From a bacterium (GTDB lineage: Bacteria > UBA8248), in the NCBI GenBank assembly GCA_965199855.1, contig OZ241326.1, positions 2,279,682-2,343,681 of the forward strand: a DNA stretch of 64,000 nucleotides, in the 5' to 3' direction. The translations under genes were made by a program, and so were the position numbers. Positions 18,410 to 25,934 of this stretch are shown one piece after another. The number at the start of each line of letters is the position of its first letter. Positions within the stretch are counted from its first letter, which is position 1. A model generated the notes under the pieces. The model saw nothing but the letters and a program-made list of their open reading frames with translations, was not told the DNA's origin and searched no databases.

Positions 18410-18487
18410 AGGCCCGCGCCCCCGCGTCACGCGCGAGAACGCGATGGCGCTTTACGGGTTCGGGGAGCGAGGGGGGAGGAGAGATTT

Positions 18488-18516
18488 TTGACGGGGAAAC
18501 ATTCAGTTGGCATAAT
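18488..18516 (+). promoter_or_regulatory. sigma70-like promoter candidate for the ATPase-PIN operon
   Basis: TTGACG (18488-18493), 17-nt spacer, CATAAT (18511-18516), about 85 nt upstream of the ATPase start, at the point where composition drops. Confidence 0.45.
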
Positions 18517-18600
18517 TGCTAAGGATTCGATTAAAGTAGCCGGAAGAATCCGACCCGTCAAGGCGAGGCTCTGCCGTCTCCGGTTGCTCATGGGGAGCGC

Positions 18601-19974
18601 GTGATGTTCAAGCATATCAACCTCAAAAACTTCAAGGCGTGGCGGGAGCTCGACATCCCCCTAGGCCGGAGAATTACGGGACTTTTCGGGACCAACAGCT
18701 CGGGCAAGAGCAGCCTGATCCAGTTCCTGCTCATGCTAAAAGAGACGAAGAACAACCCAGATCGCAACCTGGTCCTGGATTTCGGGGAATTCGGCGAGTT
18801 GATTAATCTGGGCAGCTTCGGCGACGTCATCCACGGAAAAGACGAAAAGCAGAAACTGGAATGGCGTTTGGATTGGAATGCCAAGGAGGAGGTCAAACTC
18901 CAAGATACCACCAAGGGCCGAAACAAAAACCTGGTTTCTTCCAAAGAGCTTTCAACAGAATCAGCTGTGACAATGCCGAAAGGGTCAAAGTCTCCGAAAA
19001 CCCTGTTCATCAAATACGCAATCGGAGATATGACTTTCAAAATCGAGACGAAAGCTAAGCAGGAAAGCAGTTTTCGCCTTAGCTCATCCGGCTCGGATTT
19101 CGAGTTCCGCCGAATCCAGGGCAGGCCCTGGCAACTGCCCGGCCCCATTAAAACACATCTATTTCCCGACCAAGCGAAAACGTATCACCAGAATGCCGAT
19201 TTACTAAGCGATCTGGAGGTAGCGTACGAAAAACTGTTTGATAGCGTTTTCTATCTCGGCCCGCTCCGAGAATATCCACACCGGCAATACAACTGGAGTG
19301 GCGGCAGTCCTCTCGACGTAGGCGTTCGAGGCGAACTCACCATGAACGCGATCCTCGCCGCATCGGAAAATGGAAGCGACTATCAGATGAGAAAAAGGGG
19401 CAGAAAACGCTCTTTTCAGGAAGTAGTCGCCATGAGACTTCAGGAAGTGGGGCTCGTCCATTCCTTTTCGGTAGCCGAAATCGCCAAGGGCTCCAACATC
19501 TACCAAGCGAAGGTGTCGGTGAAAAAAGAGAGCCCGGAAGTCCTTTTGACGGACGTGGGCTTCGGCGTATCCCAGGTTCTTCCGGCCGTCGTACTCCTGA
19601 ATTATGTCCCGAAAAATTCTACGGTCATCCTTGAGCAACCGGAAATTCACCTGCATCCCAGGGTTCAAAGCGAGGTGGCGGACGCTATCATCGCCATTGC
19701 CGAAACGAGGGATTTACAAGTGATCGTAGAAAGCCACAGCGAGCACATTCTGCGCCGGCTTCAGCGGCGGGTGGCCGACGAAACCATACAGGCGGACTTG
19801 GTGAAACTCTATTTCGTATCGCAGGAGAACGGCGAGGCGCGCCTTTCGGACATCGGCCTGAACGAATACGGAGAAATACAGAACTGGCCTGAGCATTTCT
19901 TCGGCGACGATATGGAGGAAATCTCGGAGACCAGAAAGGCCGCTCTGAAGCGCAGAATGGCCGCCGGGCAATGA
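18601..19974 (+). CDS. ABC/OLD-like AAA ATPase (AAA_15/AAA_21-type head, DUF3696-like C-terminus)
   Basis: 457 aa (GTG 18601; ATG 18604 with GGGGAG RBS is equally possible). Walker A GTNSSGKSS, YLGPLREYP, GFGVSQVLP, Walker B VILEQPEIHLHP, H-loop ESHSEHIL, C-terminal NWPEHFFGDD. Codon usage and GC differ from the flanks. Confidence 0.85.
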   Translation: MMFKHINLKNFKAWRELDIPLGRRITGLFGTNSSGKSSLIQFLLMLKETKNNPDRNLVLDFGEFGELINLGSFGDVIHGKDEKQKLEWRLDWNAKEEVKLQDTTKGRNKNLVSSKELSTESAVTMPKGSKSPKTLFIKYAIGDMTFKIETKAKQESSFRLSSSGSDFEFRRIQGRPWQLPGPIKTHLFPDQAKTYHQNADLLSDLEVAYEKLFDSVFYLGPLREYPHRQYNWSGGSPLDVGVRGELTMNAILAASENGSDYQMRKRGRKRSFQEVVAMRLQEVGLVHSFSVAEIAKGSNIYQAKVSVKKESPEVLLTDVGFGVSQVLPAVVLLNYVPKNSTVILEQPEIHLHPRVQSEVADAIIAIAETRDLQVIVESHSEHILRRLQRRVADETIQADLVKLYFVSQENGEARLSDIGLNEYGEIQNWPEHFFGDDMEEISETRKAALKRRMAAGQ

Positions 19975-20462
19975 CGGACAGGTTTGTCATTGACACCAAC
20001 GTCTTGGTCGTGGCGAACGGAAAGAGTCGTCAAGCCGATCCCAAATGCCAAATCGCTTGTATCGAGATGTTGGAGGGAGCTACCAAAGGGAAACGGGTTG
20101 CTCTCATCGACACCTGCAATCTCATCATGGATGAGTACAAACTTCATTGCAGCTTTGCGGGAGAACCCGGCCCCGGGAACGCCTTCTTCAAGTTCCTGCA
20201 TGACAACGAGTTTTCACAAAACAGCGTCATTCCCGTCCCGGTTCAAAAAACGCCGGACAAGGCCGGTGGATTCTCGAACCTTCCCCCGAACAAACTCGAC
20301 AGGAGCGACAGGAAATTTCTGGCCGTCGCAAAGGCAGGGAGCGGGCGAATCGTCAACGCCACGGATTCGGACTGGTCGCAACATGCCGAGTTCATCGCCT
20401 CCGTCGGCGTCCAAGTCCGCGAACTCTGCCCGCAATGTCTGAAACAAAATGAGATAGGATAG
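19971..20462 (+). CDS. PIN-domain nuclease-like protein
   Basis: 163 aa. ATG overlaps the ATPase stop (ATGA). FVIDTNVLVV N-terminus with acidic residues D8, D54/E55, D110/D113 (DRSDRKFLAVA) and D132/D134 (NATDSDW), spaced as in PIN domains. The family call comes from motif spacing only. Confidence 0.65.
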   Translation: MTDRFVIDTNVLVVANGKSRQADPKCQIACIEMLEGATKGKRVALIDTCNLIMDEYKLHCSFAGEPGPGNAFFKFLHDNEFSQNSVIPVPVQKTPDKAGGFSNLPPNKLDRSDRKFLAVAKAGSGRIVNATDSDWSQHAEFIASVGVQVRELCPQCLKQNEIG

Positions 20463-20584
20463 AAACCAAACGTCGTAATCTTCGTTTTCCATCCCCCCCC
20501 GCAATCAGCCGAAAGAGGCGCTCTTTCCGGCGCGTTGTCCGCCATCCGGCTGAAACCTTGCGTTTTTCCCATGCGTCCGCGCGG

Positions 20585-20862
20585 TGCGCATTTGCCCGCA
20601 TTTGCGCGTTGCGCGCCGTAAAGCCGATGCGTCAGAATCCCGCGCGTGAGGGCCGGAGAGAATTCTCCCGCCGTTCCCGGAGGATGGGACGACGTATTCA
20701 ACGCGCGTGAAACAGATATGGCGGCGCGAATGAAAATCATCCCGCATTTCTGCAAATTCAGACAAATTCACAGCTGTTTCAAAGCTTTTTCAGACAAATT
20801 CATGGCCCTTTCACAACCTTTTTCGGCGCGGGGAAAAGGCGGAAGGAGGCTTTCGTCATCCC
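20585..20862. repeat. copy A of a long imperfect inverted repeat (partner at 25935-26353)
   Basis: The reverse complement matches copy B. Hand alignments give 79/88 for RC(20585-20672) vs 26265-26352 and 51/55 for RC(20748-20802) vs 25988-26042. AT-richer than the flanks (22/60 G+C at 20741-20800). Ends are approximate. Confidence 0.85.
20757..20802. repeat. two identical direct 14-mers TTCAGACAAATTCA, 32-bp period
   Basis: 20757-20770 and 20789-20802 are identical. The same arrangement occurs in reverse complement in copy B. Confidence 0.9.
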
Positions 20863-20899
20863 CATAAGCGTTTGATATGTGAAGGGATGGGCGGATTTC

Positions 20900-21772
20900 T
20901 CAGGATTCGGAGTTGACGAGGTAGATGCCCGCCGAAATCAGCGCCGCGCCGCCGAGCATGAGAATCGTCAACGGCTCGGCGAGCAGCAGCGCGCCCAGAA
21001 AGACGCCGAAAACGGGTGTGAGGAACATGAAAGCGCTCACGCGGCCCGCCGGGTAGTCCTTGAGCAGCCACAGCCAGGGAATCATGGCGAGGCCGGTGCC
21101 GATGACGCCGTTGTAGCCCACGCCCAGAAGCACGTTGGCGTCCCCCAGGTCGGGCCAGGGCTCCCCCCGGAGCGAGGCGATGAGGAAAAAGGGCGGGACG
21201 GCGAGCGCCTGCGTCCAGGCGGTGATCCGGAAGGCGTCGAAGCTCCTGAGCCGCGTCTTGAGAAACACCGACTGCGCCGCCCACAGGACGGCCGCCAGGA
21301 TGACGATGACGTCGCCCAGCCAGGTGGAGCCGCCGGCGGAGGAGAGCTTGTCGCCGAACAGGAGCGCCATGCCGAGGCTCGCCGCCCCGAACCCCGCTAC
21401 GGCGCGCGCGCCCACCCGCTCCTGGGGGAGAATCCACGCCGCCAGCCCCGTGAGAATCAGCGGCTGGGCGTAGAGGAACAGCGAGGCGCGCCCGGCGGTG
21501 GTGTGGTGCACGCCGTGATAGTAGGTGAGAAACATGAGGTTGTGCAGGCAGGCGTTGATCCAGAAATCGGCGTTTTCCCGCCCTCCGCCCAGGCGCGGCG
21601 GCTGAACGGGCATCTTCCGCAGGAGCATGACCGCAAAGACGATTCCCGCCGAGCACAGCCCCCTCAGCCAGAGAAACGTGAAGGGCTCCACCCCGCGCAG
21701 GCCGACCTTCGCCGCCGGAAAGCTCAGCCCCCAGAGGAAGGTGACGGAGAAAATCAGGACGAAAAACCGCAA
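20900..21772 (-). CDS. EamA/DMT-family transporter
   Basis: 290 aa. MRFFVLIFSVTFLWGLSFPAAKVGL start and ten hydrophobic helices in two EamA halves. GC-rich like the core genes. Confidence 0.8.
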   Translation of the reverse strand: MRFFVLIFSVTFLWGLSFPAAKVGLRGVEPFTFLWLRGLCSAGIVFAVMLLRKMPVQPPRLGGGRENADFWINACLHNLMFLTYYHGVHHTTAGRASLFLYAQPLILTGLAAWILPQERVGARAVAGFGAASLGMALLFGDKLSSAGGSTWLGDVIVILAAVLWAAQSVFLKTRLRSFDAFRITAWTQALAVPPFFLIASLRGEPWPDLGDANVLLGVGYNGVIGTGLAMIPWLWLLKDYPAGRVSAFMFLTPVFGVFLGALLLAEPLTILMLGGAALISAGIYLVNSES

Positions 21773-21848
21773 CGCTCATCTCCGCCTTGAACGAATCCGC
21801 CGCGCGCCGGGAAGCGGGCGGAGGGCGAAACCCGCCGGACCGCCGCCT

Positions 21849-22472
21849 TCAGCCCTCGGATTCCATTTTGCGGGGAAACGGCTCGAGAGCCTTCAAGTCC
21901 ACCTTCTGCTCCAGTTCGTCGTGGCAGGCGTCGCAGCGCGGCTGCGCCGTCGCCGCCACGAGGAAAGCCTTCTCCCGCGCCCCGCCCATCCGGTGGCCGT
22001 TGTGGCACTGCACGCAGTCCGCCTTGAGCTCCGCGTGGTCCGAGATGGCGTGAAAGGCGCCGTCGGCCAGCGCCAGCAGGCGCGCCTCGTCGTGGCACTT
22101 GACGCAGTCCTTGTCGGGAATGGGGTGAAACACGCGTGAGGGCTGCTCGAAGTCGCCGATGACGAACTTGTAGAGATCCTTGCCCGCCAGAAGCGTCGTG
22201 CGGATCATCCCCGCGATCCCCTCCTCCCCGTGGCAGGAGATGCACCGCGCCGCGTCCGCGCCCTTGTGCCAGCCGGCCAGCGTCCGCGTCCGCGCCTTCG
22301 GGCGCATCCCGTCGTCGAGATAATCCTGGTGATCCCGGAGATGGCAGGCCGTGCAGAAGGGATCGTAGGATTCCACGGCGCGAATCCCATGCAGTCCGCC
22401 CAAGCCGAGCAGCGGAGAGAGCGCGGCCGCGAGAATCAGCCATTTCCACCAACGCCCCCGCGCGCTTCGCAT
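21849..22472 (-). CDS. membrane-anchored multihaem cytochrome c (NapC/NirT/NrfH-like), five CXXCH motifs
   Basis: 207 aa. N-terminal anchor WWKWLILAAALSPLLGLGGL. Haem motifs CTACH, CISCH, CVKCH, CVQCH and CDACH. Confidence 0.8.
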   Translation of the reverse strand: MRSARGRWWKWLILAAALSPLLGLGGLHGIRAVESYDPFCTACHLRDHQDYLDDGMRPKARTRTLAGWHKGADAARCISCHGEEGIAGMIRTTLLAGKDLYKFVIGDFEQPSRVFHPIPDKDCVKCHDEARLLALADGAFHAISDHAELKADCVQCHNGHRMGGAREKAFLVAATAQPRCDACHDELEQKVDLKALEPFPRKMESEG

Positions 22473-22602
22473 TCAGGCTCCCCTCGGCGCGGACGCGCCG
22501 GCGTCCGTCCCGCCCGTCCGCCGGGACGAATGAACCTCCCTCCATCTTCCGCATTATAGCGCGATTTGCTAGGATGCGCCGTGAACGAGGGAGGCCGCGC
22601 CG

Positions 22603-22965
22603 ATGGCGAGAACGAGATTCAGCGCGAAAAGACGCCGCCCGGGACGCGGGAGCGCCCCCGCTCCCCCCGCCGGCTCCGCCGAAAGCGCGAGACGGATCGC
22701 CGCGCGCCTCAAGTCCTCGGCGAGCGTGGGCAGGAGCGCACGGGACTACCGCCGCAGGTCGCTCGAGATTCACGGCTGGTTCTGCGCCAAGTGCGGCCGG
22801 GACTTCGACGAGAGCAATCTCCACGCCCTCACGGTTCATCACAGGGACGGCGATCACAGGAACAACCCGCCGGACGGAAGCAACTGGGAGAACCTCTGCG
22901 TGGACTGCCATGAGGACGAGCACTCGCGCGACATGCTCGGCCGCTATCTGAGCGGCGAGCACTGA
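22603..22965 (+). CDS. yajD: YajD-family HNH nuclease
   Basis: 120 aa. CAKCG...LTVHHRDGDHRNNPPDGSNWENLCVDCHEDEH is the small YajD-type HNH fold. Confidence 0.75.
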   Translation: MARTRFSAKRRRPGRGSAPAPPAGSAESARRIAARLKSSASVGRSARDYRRRSLEIHGWFCAKCGRDFDESNLHALTVHHRDGDHRNNPPDGSNWENLCVDCHEDEHSRDMLGRYLSGEH

Positions 22966-22980
22966 AAAGCGCCGTCTTCG

Positions 22981-24273
22981 ATGATCCTCTCGGTAAAGCC
23001 CTCCTCCGCCAGGGGAGCGGCCGGCGTCCCCGGCTCGAAATCCCACTCCATCCGCGCCGTCGCCCTCGCGTCGCTGGCCTCGGGCGAGAGCGCGATATTC
23101 AACCCCCCGGATTCCTCGGACGGCCTCTCGGCCGCGCGCGTCTATGAGAGCCTGGGCGCCGAAATCCACAAAGAGAAAGAGGTCTGGCGCGTCAGGGGCT
23201 TCGGCGCGCGGCCTGGGGCGCCGCGCGGGGTTCTCGACGTGGGAAATTCGGGAACCACCTGCCGGATGGCGCTCGGAACGGCCGCGCTCCTGCGCGAGGG
23301 CGAGGCCCGCTTCGACGGCGACGCCCAGACCAGAAAGCGCCCGATGGGGCCGCTGCTCGAGGCGCTCTCCAACCTGGGCGCGAAGGCGGAGGCGAACAAC
23401 GGCCTCCTCCCCGCCTCGGTGCGCGGCCCATGGCGCGGCGGTCGGACGAGGGTGGACGGGACGACCAGCCAGTTCACCTCCTCCCTGCTGCTGAACGCGC
23501 CCTTCGGGGAGGGCGCGAGCGTCGTCGAGCCGATCGGCCTGAACGAGCGCCCCTACGTCGAGATGACGCTCTGGTGGCTGGATCGCCTGGGTCTCGAATA
23601 TGAGCGGGATGAATGCCGGAGCTTCGCGATCCCCGGCGGACAGGCGCTGTCGGGGTTCGAGATAGCCGTCCCCGCCGACTGGAGTTCCGCCGCCTTTCTC
23701 GCGGCCGCGGGCGCGCTTCCGGGCGGGGACGTCGCCCTCGAGGGCCTGGACATGGACGACCCGCAGGGCGACAGGGAAATTCTCCGGTTCCTGGAGGAGA
23801 TGGGCGCGGAGGTCTCCGCCACGGAGGCGGGCGTCAGAGTCCGCGCGCGGGCGCTGCGCGGCGGAGAGTTCGACCTGAACGCCACGCCGGATCTCCTGCC
23901 CGTCATGGCCGTCCTCGGAGGGTTCGCGGATGGGGAGACCAGGCTCCTGAACGCGCCCCAGGCGCGCATCAAGGAGACGGACAGAATCTCCGCCATGCGG
24001 AAAGTCATCGAAGCCCTGGGCGGCGAGGCGAGAGAGCTGGCGGACGGCCTCGTCGTGCGGGGGGGCGGGCTGCGGGGCGGGGCGGTTCACGGCTTCGGCG
24101 ATCACCGCGTCGTCATGGCCGCCGCCGTCGCCGGGCTCGCCGCTCCCGAGGGGGCGTCTGTGGACACGGCCGAAGCGATGGCGGTAACCTTCCCCGATTT
24201 TCGCGAGCGCATGGCCGCGCTGGGCGCCGAGATGGAAGCGAGGGATTCGCCCGATGCCGATCTACGAGTATGA
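22981..24273 (+). CDS. aroA: 3-phosphoshikimate 1-carboxyvinyltransferase (EPSP synthase)
   Basis: 430 aa. VPGSKSHSIRAVALASLA, GNSGTTCRMALG and KETDRISAM motifs. Confidence 0.9.
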   Translation: MILSVKPSSARGAAGVPGSKSHSIRAVALASLASGESAIFNPPDSSDGLSAARVYESLGAEIHKEKEVWRVRGFGARPGAPRGVLDVGNSGTTCRMALGTAALLREGEARFDGDAQTRKRPMGPLLEALSNLGAKAEANNGLLPASVRGPWRGGRTRVDGTTSQFTSSLLLNAPFGEGASVVEPIGLNERPYVEMTLWWLDRLGLEYERDECRSFAIPGGQALSGFEIAVPADWSSAAFLAAAGALPGGDVALEGLDMDDPQGDREILRFLEEMGAEVSATEAGVRVRARALRGGEFDLNATPDLLPVMAVLGGFADGETRLLNAPQARIKETDRISAMRKVIEALGGEARELADGLVVRGGGLRGGAVHGFGDHRVVMAAAVAGLAAPEGASVDTAEAMAVTFPDFRERMAALGAEMEARDSPDADLRV

Positions 24274-24586
24274 ATGCAGGGGGTGCGGCTTCATTTCCGG
24301 GCACCTGGTGATGAAGCCCTCCGACAGGAGGAAGCTCGCCTGCCGCGCCTGCGGGGAGACGAAGCTGCGAAAAGTCATGTCGCGCTTCTCCTCCCACCAG
24401 ACGGAAGACCAGCGGCTCGAGGGGTTCGACCCTTCCAGGCCGCAGGATGCGTCCTTCTACAAGGACGACCGCAATATCGGGCTATGGGCGCAGAAGCGCG
24501 CCCGGCAGATGGGCGTGGATCTCGGCGATTCCTTCGGCGAAATCCTCGAGAAGGGCCGCTCGAAGAAGATTCTCGACAACCTTTGA
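24254..24586 (+). CDS. FmdB-family zinc-ribbon protein
   Basis: 110 aa. MPIYEYECRGCGF...CRACG is the FmdB/CxxC_CxxC_SSSS signature. Overlaps the aroA end by 20 nt. Confidence 0.7.
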   Translation: MPIYEYECRGCGFISGHLVMKPSDRRKLACRACGETKLRKVMSRFSSHQTEDQRLEGFDPSRPQDASFYKDDRNIGLWAQKRARQMGVDLGDSFGEILEKGRSKKILDNL

Positions 24587-24611
24587 GGCCGCCTTGACGC
24601 CTGAAGCGAGC

Positions 24612-25274
24612 ATGAGCGAGGCGCTTCGCGCGGAAGCGGAGCCGCTCTGGGAGAAAATCCACGAGCATCCCTTCGTGCGCGGCATCGGCGACGGGACGCT
24701 GCCGATGGAGCAGTTCCGCTTCTACATGCGGCAGGACTACGTTTTCCTGAAGGAATACAGCCGCGCCATCGCCCTGGCCGTCGTGAAGGCGCCCGGGCTC
24801 GAGGAGATGGGCCGCTTCGCCGACCTGCTGAACGCCACGCTGAACACGGAGATGGCGCTGCACCGCAGCTTCGCCGGAAAATTCGGCGTCTCGGCCGAGG
24901 AGATCGAGGCGACGCGGCCCGCCCCCGCCTGCAGGGCCTATGCGGATTTTCTGCTGGAGGCGGCCTTCTCCGGCGCCTTCGGGGAAATCGCCGCCGCCAT
25001 GCTGCCCTGCCAGTGGGACTACGCCGTCATCGGGAAGCGGCTCGCCGAGCGGGGAATTCCCGAAAACGCGCCGCTTCACGCCGAATGGATAAAGACCTAC
25101 GCCTCGGAGGAATTCGCCCGGCTCGCCCGCTGGATGCGCGACATGCTCGATGCGGCCGCTGCGGCCGCCGGCCCGGCCGAGCGGGAGCGGATGCGCGCGC
25201 GCTTTCTGACGGGGACGCGCTACGAATACCTCTTCTGGGAGATGAGCTGGCGCATGGAGGATTGGCCCCTGTGA
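24612..25274 (+). CDS. tenA: TenA-family thiaminase II / aminopyrimidine aminohydrolase
   Basis: Start at in-frame ATG 24612 (220 aa). HPFVRGIGDGTLPMEQFRFYMRQDYVFLKEYSRA and YEYLFWEM motifs. The upstream part of track ORF 24447-25274 overlaps the previous gene. Confidence 0.8.
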   Translation: MSEALRAEAEPLWEKIHEHPFVRGIGDGTLPMEQFRFYMRQDYVFLKEYSRAIALAVVKAPGLEEMGRFADLLNATLNTEMALHRSFAGKFGVSAEEIEATRPAPACRAYADFLLEAAFSGAFGEIAAAMLPCQWDYAVIGKRLAERGIPENAPLHAEWIKTYASEEFARLARWMRDMLDAAAAAAGPAERERMRARFLTGTRYEYLFWEMSWRMEDWPL

Positions 25275-25293
25275 ACCCCGGCCCGAGGAGGAC

Positions 25294-25884
25294 GTGACGC
25301 CCCGCGCGCGAAAAGCCCCGCCCGGCTCCCGGCGATGCGAATGGGCCGAGGGCGACCCGCTCATGGAGAAATACCATGACGAGGAATGGGGCTTTCCCGT
25401 CCGGACGATCAGCAGGCACTTCGAGCAGCTCACCCTCGAGATTTTCCAGGCCGGACTCTCCTGGCGAACGATTCTCCACAAGCGCGCGGCGTTCCGCGAG
25501 GAATTTCGGGGGTTCGCGCCCGGGAAGGTCGCCCGCTTCACCGAGCGGGACGTCGTCCGCATTCTCGGAAACCCCGGCGTCGTGCGAAACCGCAGGAAAA
25601 TCGAGGCGACCATCCGGAACGCCAAAAGGTTCCTGGCCATCGAGAAAAAGCGCGGATCGTTCAACCGCTACCTCGCCTCCCTGCCTGACGATCTTCCCTC
25701 GCTGCAAAGGATATTCCGCGAGGAATTCGTCTTCATGGGCCCCAAAATCGCCGAAGCCTACCTCGAAAGCGTGGGCAGGATACCCGAACCCCACGATCCG
25801 CATTGCTGGCGGGCGGAGGAGGCGAAACGCCGGGCTTCGGGCGGCGGGCGTTCTCCCCAAGGCGTGAGCGCCTCATCTTCATAA
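25294..25884 (+). CDS. tag: DNA-3-methyladenine glycosylase I
   Basis: 196 aa. RCEWAEGDPLMEKYHDEEWGFP, FEQLTLEIFQAGLSWRTIL and RNRRKIEATIRNA motifs. Confidence 0.85.
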   Translation: MTPRARKAPPGSRRCEWAEGDPLMEKYHDEEWGFPVRTISRHFEQLTLEIFQAGLSWRTILHKRAAFREEFRGFAPGKVARFTERDVVRILGNPGVVRNRRKIEATIRNAKRFLAIEKKRGSFNRYLASLPDDLPSLQRIFREEFVFMGPKIAEAYLESVGRIPEPHDPHCWRAEEAKRRASGGGRSPQGVSASSS

Positions 25885-25934
25885 ATCGCACATCATTTAT
25901 TATCAATAACTTGAATCGCTTTATTCAAAGCGGA

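Noticed and set aside
18427-18450. Possible third partial copy of the palindromic repeat core at the left edge of the ATPase-PIN islet (TCACGCGCGAGAACGCGATGGCGC vs TTCAACGCGCGTGAAACAGATATGGCGGCGCG)
   Set aside because: Only short GC-rich words (ACGCGCG, GAAC, ATGGCG) are shared, which is expected by chance in this composition. This is not enough to claim that the islet is flanked by repeat copies.
20505-20771. ORFs inside the inverted repeats (20505-20771 -, 88 aa; 26052-26366 +, 104 aa) sharing peptide strings such as GRILSG.HARDSDAS and RKCGQMR
   Set aside because: The shared peptides simply mirror the nucleotide repeat. In the 88-nt hand-aligned stretch only 2 of 7 differing codons are synonymous, so there is no sign of purifying selection. 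The translations are Arg-rich with no RBS, and the extra ~150 bp in copy B would insert about 50 unrelated residues. Kept as a non-coding repeat.
21754-24105. 783-aa minus-strand ORF spanning cytochrome c, yajD and aroA
   Set aside because: It is antisense or out of frame to three well-supported genes, with an Arg/Gly/Ala-rich translation. This is an artefact of stop-codon scarcity in GC-rich DNA.
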